From Acidobacteriota bacterium (lineage in GTDB: Bacteria > Acidobacteriota > UBA6911 > RPQK01 > JAJDTT01), in the NCBI GenBank assembly GCA_965209055.1, contig OZ242374.1, positions 2,016,001-2,080,000 of the forward strand: a stretch of 64,000 nucleotides of DNA. The letters run 5' to 3'. The notes below the pieces were generated by a model. The model worked only from the letters and a program-made list of their open reading frames with translations, searched no databases and was not told where the DNA came from. Made by a program: the position numbers and the translations under genes. Position 1 is the first letter of the stretch; every line of letters starts with the position of its first letter. Shown here piece by piece: positions 27,691 through 37,557 of the stretch.

Positions 27691-30600
27691 ATGAATCGAG
27701 AGTCCCGAAGGGTTATCCCCTGCCATAGAGAGATGTTGCGCCCGGTCCTGTTCTTCATTACGGCCACTTTGCTGTGCCTTTCCAGCGGCGGCATCGCCGC
27801 AGCTCAAGGCTCCACAGCGACGCTGGGCGGAACCGTTTTGGACCCACAGGGAGCGGTCGTCGTCAACGCGCAAGTCAGCGTGACGGATCCGACGACCGGA
27901 CAGCGACGAGAGAGCACGACGGGCACAGATGGGAGCTTCCTTGTCGCCCAGCTCGCGCCAAGCACCTACATTCTGGAAGTTGAGGCGAGAGGCTTCGCCC
28001 GAACACAGGTATCCGACCTGACGTTGAACGTTGGAGACCGCCGGCTCATTCCAGTTGTCTTGGCGGTGGCTGGCATGACCCAGACCTTCCAGGTCACGGC
28101 GCAGTCCGATCTGACTCCCGGCATCTCGAGTCTGATTGATCGGGAGTTTGTCGAGAATCAACCGCTGAACGGCCGAAGCTTTCAGTCGCTGATCCAACTA
28201 TCACCCGGCGTGGTGGCCACGACGGTGACCGTGGGCTCGCAAGGGCAGTTCAGCGTGAACGGGCAACGTCCGAGCACGAATTATTTCACGGTCGACGGCG
28301 TCAGCGCGAACTTCGGTTCGTCGGGTGCCGCGAATCTCTACGAGCAAGCCGGGGGCGGAGTGCCTATGTATTCGGCGCTGGGCACGACGGCTAGCCTCGT
28401 GTCGGTGGATGCACTCCAGGAGTTTTCCATTCAGACATCGACATACGCGGCAGAGTTCGGGAGGCAGCCGGGCGGTCAGGTGTCACTGGTGACGCGGAGC
28501 GGCGACAACACGTTCCACGGAAGCGTCTTCGAATACCTGCGAAATGATGTATTCGATGCCAATAACTACTTCGCAAACCGCAACGGCCTGGACAAGCCCG
28601 CGCTCCGGCAGAACAATTTTGGATTCACTCTAGGTGGACCGATCCTGCGCGACAAGACGTTCTTCTTCGTCTCTTACGAAGGATTGCGGCTGCGGCAGCC
28701 CGTGACCAGTTCGACGTACGAAGTCCCTTCGATCGAGGCGCGCGAGAATGCCCCGAAGCTTGTCCGACCGATACTCGATGCCTTCCCCCTGCCGACGGGG
28801 CCGGCTCTCGCAACGGATCCGAACACCGCAACCTTCGTTGCGGCCTACTCGGACAAATCCAGCCTGGACGCGATCGCCGTGCGCGTCGATCATCATCTCA
28901 ATTCGAACTGGAGCGTATTCGGTCGCTACAACTACGCGCCGTCGGCGAATGCCAAGCGCGCCGACTTCACTACGCCGAATGTGATTGCGGATACGCCGGC
29001 CGACACGCAGACGGCGACGGCGGGAGCAACGTTCATTCCGAACTCACAGGTTGTGAACGACCTGCGGATCAACTATTCGAATGCGCTCCAGGGCTACACG
29101 AGCACTCCGGACGACTTTGGAGGTGCCGTCGTTCCACCAGATTCCGTGCTCTTCCCGCCGTTTACCTCGACGGACCAGGGTCTCAGTTACATTCAGTTGA
29201 ACGCGACCTCGGCCTTGACATCCGGATTCAATGTGGAGAACACGCAGCGCCAGTGGAACGTCGTGAACACGGTGTCGGTGGCCGCCGGGGCTCACGAGCT
29301 TAAGTTCGGATTCGACTATCGGCGTATGTTTCCGTCGAACCAGGGAGCCGACCATCGCCGGTTCCTGCTTTACCGCAATGTTTCACAGGTTCTTAGCGGA
29401 TCCGTTCCGGTCTTGTTGCGAATCTCGACCAACACACCAGTGCTCGAGCCCAGCTTCACCAACGTCTCCGCTTTTGCTCAGGATACCTGGCGCGCGTCGC
29501 GGCGCCTCACCTTGACTTATGGTGTGCGATACGAGGCGAATCCCGCCCCTTCCGAGCGAAACGGAAACCTCCCCCTCACCGTTACCGGAGTGAGCGATCC
29601 GTCAACGATGTCGCTTGCACCGGAGGGAACGCGTTTTTACGAAACAGGTTACGGAAACTTCGCTCCCAGACTCGGCTTCTCCTATCAGCTGTTGCCGGAC
29701 GAGCCGATGGTGTTGCGCGGGGGCGTCGGCATCTTCTACGATCTTGGCTATACCTTTACGGGGGCGGCGCTGAGCACGGCAAACTACCCATACGGAAGGT
29801 CCGTGCTGAACTTCGGCGTCCCACTGGGCGCCGAAGTATACAACGCCCCGGTCGAAGCGGCACCGATCGCTCCGCCCTATGGAGCGCTCTTCGCGTACGA
29901 AGCCGGCTACAAACTCCCGTATTCCTCGCAGTACAGCCTGTCGATCGAACGCAGTTTCGGAGGGAACCTGGTGTCGGCAAGCTATGTCGGCTCTGCGGGC
30001 CGACGGCTGGGCCGGGTCGAGCGCCTGCAGAATCCGAATCCGGATTTCACTCGGGTCTCAATCGTGAGGAATGCCGCCCGGTCCGACTACAACTCGCTCC
30101 AGTTCAGTTACGAACGCCGACGGTCTTCGGGGGTCCAGGCGACCTTGTCGTATACGTTGGGCAAGTTGCTGGACACGGTGTCCGACGAGTCGGTGGCGAA
30201 CTACCAGGCTCCCGTTGACTCTCTCGATCCGGACGCCGACCGCGGGCCATCGTCATTCGATATTCGACACACGTTCAGCGCTGCAGCGAGCTACGACCTT
30301 CCGGCTCCTACCGACGGCGCGGCGCGTACATTACTCAGAGGCTTCTCGATCGACGCCATTCTCCGGGCCCGGTCGGCCGCGCCCGTGAACGTCCTGACTG
30401 GAACAGATCCGTTCGGCTTCGGATACACGACTGTCACCCGCCCTGATCGGATTCTAGACGTCCCTCTCTATCTGGATGATCCTGCCGCTGCAGGTGGCCG
30501 CCGGATCAATTCCGCCGCATTTGCAATTCCTCCGTCCGGACGTCAGGGGACAGCCGGACGGAACATCGCCCGCGGGTTCGCCGCCTGGCAACTGGACGCC

Positions 30601-30828
30601 GCTGTGCGGCGCAGCTTCGAGATCACCGATACAGCGCAGCTTCAGGTCCGAGTGGAAGCCTTCAACCTCTTCAATCGCCCCAACTTCGCCGATCCCGTTG
30701 GAGCCCTGAACAACCCGAACTTCGGTGTCTCGACGCAAATGCTCGGCAGCAGTCTCGGTGGGCTGAATGGCCTGTATCAGATCGGCGGGCCGCGGTCGAT
30801 GCAATTGGCGCTGAAGGTTTTGTTCTGA
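27691..30828 (+). CDS. Oar-type TonB-dependent receptor with carboxypeptidase-regulatory-like N-domain
   Basis: GTVLDPQGAVV..A.V, PLNGRSF..L..L.PG, SVNGQR, DALQEF, AEFGR..GG, RQNNFG..LGGPI, AQDTW, EAFNLFN.PNF and PRSMQLALK..F motifs. Confidence 0.9.
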   Translation: MNRESRRVIPCHREMLRPVLFFITATLLCLSSGGIAAAQGSTATLGGTVLDPQGAVVVNAQVSVTDPTTGQRRESTTGTDGSFLVAQLAPSTYILEVEARGFARTQVSDLTLNVGDRRLIPVVLAVAGMTQTFQVTAQSDLTPGISSLIDREFVENQPLNGRSFQSLIQLSPGVVATTVTVGSQGQFSVNGQRPSTNYFTVDGVSANFGSSGAANLYEQAGGGVPMYSALGTTASLVSVDALQEFSIQTSTYAAEFGRQPGGQVSLVTRSGDNTFHGSVFEYLRNDVFDANNYFANRNGLDKPALRQNNFGFTLGGPILRDKTFFFVSYEGLRLRQPVTSSTYEVPSIEARENAPKLVRPILDAFPLPTGPALATDPNTATFVAAYSDKSSLDAIAVRVDHHLNSNWSVFGRYNYAPSANAKRADFTTPNVIADTPADTQTATAGATFIPNSQVVNDLRINYSNALQGYTSTPDDFGGAVVPPDSVLFPPFTSTDQGLSYIQLNATSALTSGFNVENTQRQWNVVNTVSVAAGAHELKFGFDYRRMFPSNQGADHRRFLLYRNVSQVLSGSVPVLLRISTNTPVLEPSFTNVSAFAQDTWRASRRLTLTYGVRYEANPAPSERNGNLPLTVTGVSDPSTMSLAPEGTRFYETGYGNFAPRLGFSYQLLPDEPMVLRGGVGIFYDLGYTFTGAALSTANYPYGRSVLNFGVPLGAEVYNAPVEAAPIAPPYGALFAYEAGYKLPYSSQYSLSIERSFGGNLVSASYVGSAGRRLGRVERLQNPNPDFTRVSIVRNAARSDYNSLQFSYERRRSSGVQATLSYTLGKLLDTVSDESVANYQAPVDSLDPDADRGPSSFDIRHTFSAAASYDLPAPTDGAARTLLRGFSIDAILRARSAAPVNVLTGTDPFGFGYTTVTRPDRILDVPLYLDDPAAAGGRRINSAAFAIPPSGRQGTAGRNIARGFAAWQLDAAVRRSFEITDTAQLQVRVEAFNLFNRPNFADPVGALNNPNFGVSTQMLGSSLGGLNGLYQIGGPRSMQLALKVLF

Positions 30829-30842
30829 CACCGAAATCGCCG

Positions 30843-32273
30843 ATGATCTTTCACGTCGCACATCGGGAACTGCGGGAAACGATCCGGGACGGGCGTTTCC
30901 GGTGGAGCGCGTCCATCATTCTATTGCTGATCCTCGTCTCCTTCATCTCCGGCTGGGATTACCTGAGAACCGCCACACGGTACGAGGCCATCGTCCAGTC
31001 CGCGGAACGCGAACGCTGGCTGGACAAGGGAGAGATGAACCCACACTCGGCAGCGCACTACGGCCAGTACCTGTTCAAGCCGCGGCTGCCGATTGAGTCG
31101 GTCGATCCGGGGATCGCACCATACTCAGGGATTTCGATCCTGGTGGAGCCACACGTTCAGAATCTCTCGCGCTACAAGCCTGCCGCCGAGACGGCAACGG
31201 GTGGTCGGGCCGGCCGCGTGACGGTCGCTATGACCCTGCAGATCCTGGTTCCACTGCTCATTGTTCTCTCTCTTTTCTCGACGTTCACTTCAGAGCGCGA
31301 GCAGGGGACGCTGCGGCTCTTGCTGAGCCTGCCCGTAAGCTCCCGGCGGCTCGCCATCGGAAAGGTGCTGGGCGCGGCTGTGCCCTGGCTGGCATGTCTC
31401 GTACCTGCGTCCGTGCTCGGAGCCGCCGTGCTCATCCGATCCGATGCCGCATTGCCGGCGTCGGACATCGTGCTTCGAATGGCGTTGTTTGCCGCAGCGT
31501 ATCTGCTGTACTTCCTTCTCATGATTCTCGTCACAGTAACCGTGTCAGCACTGTCCGGTCGATCCCGCACGGCACTGGCCTGCTTGCTGGCCTTCTGGTT
31601 CGTGACCGGAATCCTGGCGCCGCCGCTGGCGATGGATATCGCGACCGCCAGGCATCCGGTTCCGAACGGCTTCGAGTTCCAGGCGGCCATTGCTCGAGAT
31701 CGCGCGGAGCTGCCCCCGCTGGTCACCCGAATCTTCGCGGTCGAAGAACGGATGCTCGAGGACTATGGCGTGTCGTCGACTCGCGATCTGCCGCTTGTAC
31801 CGAGCGGCGTGGCATTGATGGAAGACGAGGCGGACAACACGCGAATACACGAGAGACACTTCACACGGCTGTACGATACGTACGAGGATCAGACTCGTCT
31901 GTTCTCATTGCTCGGCCTGGGCTCTCCGCTGCTCGCGGTCCAGTCACTTTCCATGGGTTTTGCCGGTACTGATTTTGCTCACCAACGGCACTTCGCCGAG
32001 GCCGCTGAACAGTATCGCCGCGACTTCGTCCGTATCCTGAACGAAGACGATGCCAGAAACGGCCGAATGTACGATTCTCAGCAGGCCGTTGGTGGCGACC
32101 TGTACCTCGCGGGCCGCGATCTATGGGAACGGGTCCCGGAGTTCACCTATCGGCCGCCCACGGTGGACTGGACCGTCCGCCAGCATTATGTTTCGATCAC
32201 GATCCTCCTGTCCTGGCTGATGGTCGTCAGCGGATTCCTGTGGGCGGCTCTCGGGCGAGTGCGGGCATCATAG
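30843..32273 (+). CDS. ABC-2 permease, DUF3526 type (1)
   Basis: RE....RDGRF, NPHSAAHYG, EREQGTLRLLL, AGTD..H...F...AE.YR and W...P.F.Y motifs. Confidence 0.85.
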   Translation: MIFHVAHRELRETIRDGRFRWSASIILLLILVSFISGWDYLRTATRYEAIVQSAERERWLDKGEMNPHSAAHYGQYLFKPRLPIESVDPGIAPYSGISILVEPHVQNLSRYKPAAETATGGRAGRVTVAMTLQILVPLLIVLSLFSTFTSEREQGTLRLLLSLPVSSRRLAIGKVLGAAVPWLACLVPASVLGAAVLIRSDAALPASDIVLRMALFAAAYLLYFLLMILVTVTVSALSGRSRTALACLLAFWFVTGILAPPLAMDIATARHPVPNGFEFQAAIARDRAELPPLVTRIFAVEERMLEDYGVSSTRDLPLVPSGVALMEDEADNTRIHERHFTRLYDTYEDQTRLFSLLGLGSPLLAVQSLSMGFAGTDFAHQRHFAEAAEQYRRDFVRILNEDDARNGRMYDSQQAVGGDLYLAGRDLWERVPEFTYRPPTVDWTVRQHYVSITILLSWLMVVSGFLWAALGRVRAS

Positions 32274-32303
32274 CGAACGGTTCAGTCGACGTCGGTGCAT
32301 TTC

Positions 32304-33794
32304 ATGCTTGGAACGATCATCCGCCATGAATGGCGCATGCTGCGGTCGGACGCGGCAACCTGGATCGTTTTCGGAGTTCTGGTCGGCGTCGTTGGATATG
32401 CAGGCTGGCACGGCCGTTCCATCGTGGAGCGCGAGCGGAGCGCGGTCGAGGAATTCGAGGAGCGGCAGGCAGTCGAAGTGGCCGAGGCGCGACTCCGCGC
32501 CGTTCAGATGAAGGCGCGACTGGATTCGGGCCTGGACCTGACGACACTATCCACACAGGAACAGGTGGAATTCGCCAACGGTCCGCTGAACTCGGTGTAC
32601 GCGTCCCGTGTCGCGGCTTTCGGTGCTCGCCCCCCGGCCCCACTCGAGGCGCTGTCGCTGGGCGACGGCATCCATCCTCTCGCCCTGTCGATCGGAGACC
32701 GCAGCCTGCGTTCGGATCCGAGCGCAGGAGAATCGACGACCAATCCTCTGAGATTTGCGGTCGGACACTTCGATCTCACCTTCGTCGTACTCTACCTCTA
32801 CCCCCTGGCGGTGATCGCGCTTACCCACAACCTACTCACCACCGAACGAGAAACCCGCATCCTTCCGTTGCTCCTTTCACAGCCGGTAGGTCCACGCAGC
32901 CTTTTCGCTGGATCACTGATCGTGCGTGCACTGTTTCTCAGCGCCGCACAGTTCGTATGGTCGGGCCTGGCCCTGCTGTCGAGCGGTCTGGATCTGACCT
33001 CGGACGATGTGCGCGTCCGATTCGTGCTGTGGTTCATCGTGACGGGCAGTTACGGCGTCTTCTGGTTCGCGTTGAGCGCGTTGGTCGCGGCCAGGGGCCG
33101 GAGAGCCGCATCGAACGCGCTGGTTCTCTGTACGTGCTGGCTCGCGGGCGTCGTCGTTCTCCCCGGAGTCATCCAGTTCGTGGTGAGTACCAGCCACCCC
33201 GTTCCCTTAAGGGCTGAATACATTCAGTCCCTCCGGTCCACTCGGGCCCTGGTCACGACCGGTTTGTCGGAACAGGGGCTCATTGATGAGTTCTTCGAGA
33301 CGAATCCGCGATTCCGCCGCGGTCCCGAGGGTGCGGAGTTATCCCGGCGGTACACGGCGGCCGTCGCACGCTTCGACAGGATCGCTCGTGAGATTCAACC
33401 CCTGCAGCAAAGGACAGTCGCCCAACAGGACGCGCAGGAACGACTCTTCTCCGTGCTGCGATTTACGACGCCGGGCGCCCTTGTCGAGCACCTTCTATAC
33501 GACGTGACTGGTACCGGCCCGGCAAGGAACCGGCGGTTCGTGGCCGGGATCGAAGACGTCCGGCGCGACCGCCGGGGGTTTTTCTGGCAACGACAGATCG
33601 ACCTGGCAACGATTACGGCAGGGGACTATGACTTGATGCCACGCTATCAGTTTCAGGAGGAGCCGATTTCGAATGTCATCCGGAGAGTATTCCTTCCGCT
33701 AGCAGCGATCCTGATGGCGTCCGGAGTTCTTGCGCTGCTCGCCCACGTCCGATCGGGCTCACTCCTGAAGAGCGCCGACGCCTCTGGGAAATAG
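32304..33794 (+). CDS. ABC-2 permease, DUF3526 type (2)
   Basis: NPL....G.FDL.FV.LYLYPL, ERE...L.LLLSQP and P.YQFQE motifs. Confidence 0.85.
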   Translation: MLGTIIRHEWRMLRSDAATWIVFGVLVGVVGYAGWHGRSIVERERSAVEEFEERQAVEVAEARLRAVQMKARLDSGLDLTTLSTQEQVEFANGPLNSVYASRVAAFGARPPAPLEALSLGDGIHPLALSIGDRSLRSDPSAGESTTNPLRFAVGHFDLTFVVLYLYPLAVIALTHNLLTTERETRILPLLLSQPVGPRSLFAGSLIVRALFLSAAQFVWSGLALLSSGLDLTSDDVRVRFVLWFIVTGSYGVFWFALSALVAARGRRAASNALVLCTCWLAGVVVLPGVIQFVVSTSHPVPLRAEYIQSLRSTRALVTTGLSEQGLIDEFFETNPRFRRGPEGAELSRRYTAAVARFDRIAREIQPLQQRTVAQQDAQERLFSVLRFTTPGALVEHLLYDVTGTGPARNRRFVAGIEDVRRDRRGFFWQRQIDLATITAGDYDLMPRYQFQEEPISNVIRRVFLPLAAILMASGVLALLAHVRSGSLLKSADASGK

Positions 33795-33865
33795 CGTCAA
33801 TCTGCGGGGGCTACACCTGCCGTTAGATGGATTTCCCTTCTCAAAGGGACTTCTCTTTCTTATAC

Positions 33866-34039
33866 CTATCCTCGGCTGGTGAAGCGGAGGCAGGCTCCGG
33901 CGGAGACCAACCCGCCGAAGAATAGCCAGCCGGCGGCGAAAGCGGCGAGGAGCAGGACGAGAACGGTGGACGAAGCTACCCGAAAGCGTCCGTCTCGGAA
34001 GATCTCCCGGACTTCCTTACTGACGATGATTCGGATCGT
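33866..34039 (-). pseudogene. 5' remnant of a third DUF3526 ABC-2 permease (start codon ACG, truncated)
   Basis: Reads (T)IRIIVSKEVREIFRDGRFRVASSTVLVLLLAAFAAGW, homologous to the N-terminus of 30843-32273; AAGGAGGAGG upstream; stops after 57 codons. Confidence 0.7.
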
Positions 34040-34060
34040 CCTCTCGGGCGGTCCTCCTCC

Positions 34061-34762
34061 TTAGTCGTGCATGTGTTCCAGATAGATTCGTTCCAGATCC
34101 CGGTGCCCGAGATCCTTCGTTTCGTGAGCCGCCACCAATCGGCCGCGCTTCATGATTCCCACCCGAGTGCCGGTTTCCTTCGCCCGGAACAGGTCGTGTG
34201 TGGCCATCAGCACGGCGACTCCCGAGGCGCTCAAACTCTTCAGCAACTCGGAGAACTCGTTGGACGCTTTTGGATCGAGCCCCGACGTGGGTTCGTCCAG
34301 AAGCAGCGCCTCAGCCTTCTTGGCGATCGCGATCGCGATGCCCACCTTCTGCCGCATGCCCTTGGAATAGACCGCCATGCGCTTGTCCGCTGCGTCCTGG
34401 CCAAGCCCCACCCGGTCGAAGAACCCGAGGAGGACCGTCCTTGGGTAGGTGTGCCCAGCGAGAGCGCTGAAGTACTCGAGATTCTCGAGCCCGGTCAGAT
34501 TACGGTAGAGCATCACCTGTTCCGGAATATAGGCAACATACTTCTTGGTCTCGATCGGGTGCGATGTCACGTCCAGACCCTTGATCGTCGCGGTCCCCGA
34601 GCTCGGGGCGACGAAGTTCAGAAACAAGTTGATCGTGGTGGTTTTTCCGGCCCCGTTGGCGCCGAGCAGGCAGAATACCTCTCCTGGTTCGATCTCGAGA
34701 TCGAGGGCGTCGAGAGCGATCATGCCGTTGTAGCGTTTCGTCAGGGATTTGGCTGCAAGCAT
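34061..34762 (-). CDS. ABC-2-type ATP-binding protein
   Basis: GANGAGKTT, YSKGMRQK, LLDEPTSGLDP and THD motifs. Confidence 0.92.
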   Translation of the reverse strand: MLAAKSLTKRYNGMIALDALDLEIEPGEVFCLLGANGAGKTTTINLFLNFVAPSSGTATIKGLDVTSHPIETKKYVAYIPEQVMLYRNLTGLENLEYFSALAGHTYPRTVLLGFFDRVGLGQDAADKRMAVYSKGMRQKVGIAIAIAKKAEALLLDEPTSGLDPKASNEFSELLKSLSASGVAVLMATHDLFRAKETGTRVGIMKRGRLVAAHETKDLGHRDLERIYLEHMHD

Positions 34763-35231
34763 GATCGGATGCCCATCCACGTTACCCATCTATAAGAATG
34801 AGCGGCTCTAGTATAGGTACACCGGTTGCGTATGAGAAGCGTTTCCACATGAACGGCTCAAAAGGCTGGGCGAACGGTAGGACCCGACAAACGAAGGGCA
34901 CGCCTGCTCCAAAGACACCTGAATTCCCCCTCCGATCCGGGATAAGAAGTACGGAAATCCGTGGACGAGTTGCCTCGCGATCCGAACGTTGGCGACCATG
35001 CTCGATTTGCACAAATGGGCGCGTTGGGTCCAAACTCGATCTGTTCGCGCCCTCTCGACTCTCTTCCAGCGCGACCACCCGCCCGCCTTCTGATTTCTTC
35101 CCCCAAATACGTCGCGAGCGGGCGCCGCTGCGGGACTGTCGAACGTTCCGTTCGCATCGTTGACTCCGAGCTGCTCGTTGGGTTGGCACTCCCTTTCATG
35201 GGTCGCAACCTGCCGGCACCTTCTTGGGTGG

Positions 35232-35497
35232 GCCTGGATCGACGCTCGGCCCGTGGGCATTCGCGCCTCGATCCGGGCAACCCAAGCAGGACGCCTATGA
35301 CGCCATGGCTTCCTGGTTCGAACAGCACGCACGGTCTGACGTGGTGAAACGCCTGCTCCCTGCGCACGGCAGCCAGCAGGGATGAAATCCGGAGCGCCAC
35401 TGGTGAGGTCGGGGGCGGAGGCTCCTGTCCTCATCCCACTGGACCTCAATAGATCAATCAATCACTTTCAACCGTCCACCAAAACGGGATAGCCTCA
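35232..35497 (+). repeat. Direct repeat B (cobQ 3' fragment with ~78-bp internal deletion, plus IS3-like IR)
   Basis: Aligns with 24514-24856; the deletion falls between two TCGCGCC microhomologies. Confidence 0.9.
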
Positions 35498-35516
35498 AAG
35501 TTGGGAGGCAACCGAA

Positions 35517-36638
35517 ATGCTGAACCTTCGGAGTGGATTCCGTTTTCTGGCATTCATCGCCATGACGTCGGTCATGACTCAGGCGGCGGCAGAGTTGGAT
35601 GTGCAGGTGACCCCAGCCAGATGCCGTCATCCCAGGGCGGTCGAGGCTCCGGATGGAACCATCTATGTCTACGGGGCGCTCAAGAGCAACGACGGAGGCA
35701 GGAGTTTCTGGCCGGTGGACGAGTCCGATCCGCCGTTCGGCTCCGTCCTGTTCGCCGAGAAGCTGACCACGCTGTACTGGAGAAAGGGGTTGTTCCTCGG
35801 CTTCTATTGGAACGTGACCTGCCGCGAGGCGGGCCGTTGCGTGGGGAGAATGTGGCGTTCCCGCGACGGTTTCAAGACGGTGGAGAAAAAGGAAACGGTT
35901 CTCATCATTCCGGAGGCGGGATCGGTTCCCGTCGACGATTTCTCGGAAGTCCAGGACCAGCAGAGCTCGACCATCTTCTTTCATCGGGGCATTCGGGAGA
36001 TGCCGGACGGGACCCTGCTGGCGTGCATGATCGGCAGCTTCGAGGACGACAACATGCCGACAACGGACCCTCGAAGCAAAATGGAGACCCCCTTCAAGAT
36101 GAGGTCTTTCCTGATCAGCTCCGACGATCAGGGAGACACTTGGCGGTACTTCTCCACCGTAGCCGCACCGGGTGCCGGAGTGATGGATGATACTGAAGGG
36201 TTCAACGAGTGGGCGTTGCTTCCGCTCGACGATGGCCGGATGCTGGCCGTGATGCGGACCGGCCACTACTCGCCCATGGTGGCGAGCTGGAGCGGCGACG
36301 GCGGAAGAACCTGGAGCCCACCCGAAGACATGGGCCTGGGTCCCGGGGTGGACCCCTATCTGCTGAGACTGAGGGATGGACGTTTGGCGTTAGCCTACGG
36401 CCAGTTGGTGCAGCGCAGCGGAGGGAAAGAGGCGGACTGGAAACACGAAGATCAGAGAAGGAAGTGCCAACTGGCGATCAATGCCGACGGCACAGGAAAG
36501 GGCTGGCTCGCCACCACGGTCGCCGACTATTCCCACAGAATGGCGTATCCCACGATCTTTGAAGTCGAGCCCAACGTGATCCTCTACCAGTCGGGCGAGT
36601 GTCTCGAGCTATGGCGGGTGGAGGTGCCGCCGCGGTGA
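35517..36638 (+). CDS. Secreted BNR/Asp-box (sialidase-like) beta-propeller protein
   Basis: Signal peptide; Asp boxes SNDGGRSF, SRDGFKT, SDDQGDTW and SGDGGRTW; AYP motif. Confidence 0.8.
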   Translation: MLNLRSGFRFLAFIAMTSVMTQAAAELDVQVTPARCRHPRAVEAPDGTIYVYGALKSNDGGRSFWPVDESDPPFGSVLFAEKLTTLYWRKGLFLGFYWNVTCREAGRCVGRMWRSRDGFKTVEKKETVLIIPEAGSVPVDDFSEVQDQQSSTIFFHRGIREMPDGTLLACMIGSFEDDNMPTTDPRSKMETPFKMRSFLISSDDQGDTWRYFSTVAAPGAGVMDDTEGFNEWALLPLDDGRMLAVMRTGHYSPMVASWSGDGGRTWSPPEDMGLGPGVDPYLLRLRDGRLALAYGQLVQRSGGKEADWKHEDQRRKCQLAINADGTGKGWLATTVADYSHRMAYPTIFEVEPNVILYQSGECLELWRVEVPPR

Positions 36639-36701
36639 TCCACTGAGCTGAAACTTCAACGGGAAATCAGCAGCCGCGTCTCTTCATCAGCGGACGGGGA
36701 A

Positions 36702-36724
36702 GAAAAGCGGACAGACCCGTTCTC
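36702..36724 (+). repeat. Degenerate palindromic site
   Basis: GAAAAGCGGACAGACCCGTTCTC versus GAAAAGGGGACAGGCACGTTCTC. Confidence 0.55.
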
Positions 36725-36749
36725 GCGCTCCCAAGAGCAAGTGGCTCGA

Positions 36750-37037
36750 TCACGCCGCCACAAAGCGTTCTACTGCGATCTCCTCGGCGCGGCCGCGAGC
36801 TTGCCAGAGATCGTAGGCCATCTGCATCCCCAGCCAAGTCTCGGGCGTCGAGCCGAACGCCTTCGACAGCCGTATCGCCATTTCTACCGAGATCCCCGTT
36901 CGCCCGTTCACCAACTCGGAGAGTGCCTGCCGGGTGACGCCCAAACCCGCGGCGGCCCGGGTCACGGTCAAACCCAGGGGTTCGAGGCACTGCCGCTTCA
37001 CGATGCCGCCCGGATGCGGCGGGTTGTGCATGGCCAT
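36750..37037 (-). CDS. higA: HigA-family antitoxin (XRE HTH)
   Basis: PPHPG, A..LGVTRQALS.L.NG..GIS.EMAIRL.KAFG and W..MQ..YDL motifs. Confidence 0.92.
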   Translation of the reverse strand: MAMHNPPHPGGIVKRQCLEPLGLTVTRAAAGLGVTRQALSELVNGRTGISVEMAIRLSKAFGSTPETWLGMQMAYDLWQARGRAEEIAVERFVAA

Positions 37038-37052
37038 GATCGAGCTTCTCCC

Positions 37053-37334
37053 TCAGTGATAGTCCACGTAGTCCACATCGACCGCTGCGCCTTCCTCGAA
37101 CCTGAAGGTCACTCGCCAGTTGCCGGATACCGAAACTGCATAATGCCCCTTCAGCCGTCCCTTGAGGGCGTGCAACCGGAACCCCGGCAGACTCATGCCC
37201 TCGGGTCCCCGGCTGAAATCGAGCACCGCCAGGATGTCCCGCAATCTGCCTACGTGCTTCGGCGCGACTCGCCGCGCCGTCCTGCCCTCGTAGAGGGCCT
37301 TCAGCCCACGGTGGCGGAACGATGCAATCATCAT
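37053..37334 (-). CDS. higB: HigB-family toxin (plasmid maintenance killer)
   Basis: I.SFRH.GLK, PGFRLH.LKG, VSGNWRVTFRF and DYVDYH motifs. Confidence 0.92.
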   Translation of the reverse strand: MMIASFRHRGLKALYEGRTARRVAPKHVGRLRDILAVLDFSRGPEGMSLPGFRLHALKGRLKGHYAVSVSGNWRVTFRFEEGAAVDVDYVDYH

Positions 37335-37353
37335 GCAATCTTAGGATGTCGCC

Positions 37354-37365
37354 TGTCAATTGACA
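37354..37365. promoter_or_regulatory. Putative HigA operator palindrome
   Basis: Perfect palindrome TGTCAATTGACA 20 bp upstream of higB. Confidence 0.45.
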
Positions 37366-37395
37366 ACTTTCGATCTTGCGCCTGAATGATTCGCA

Positions 37396-37518
37396 GTGCG
37401 GTGCCCCTTCTCGTGGGACAACCTCACTGGAACTGATTCGGCGTAATGCTTTCCGTCAGATGGTAAGGTTCTTCGGAGTGGGAAAAGGGGGACCGAAAAG
37501 GGGGACAGTCACCGTCTC
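37396..37518. repeat. Palindromic sites: one reverse degenerate copy and one forward copy with duplicated left half
   Basis: Reverse complement of 37396-37412 is GAGAAGGGG-CACCG-CAC; 37481-37518 is GGAAAAGGGGGACC-GAAAAGGGGGACAGTCACCGTCTC. Confidence 0.7.
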
Positions 37519-37557
37519 GCGAGGTCCGTTCCGGTGAACGAAGACCCGTGAATTTGG

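Noticed and set aside
34800-35230. Overlapping ORFs of 120-217 aa between the ABC ATPase and the cobQ repeat
   Set aside because: No motifs, no clear RBS and mutually overlapping frames; probably degraded DNA.
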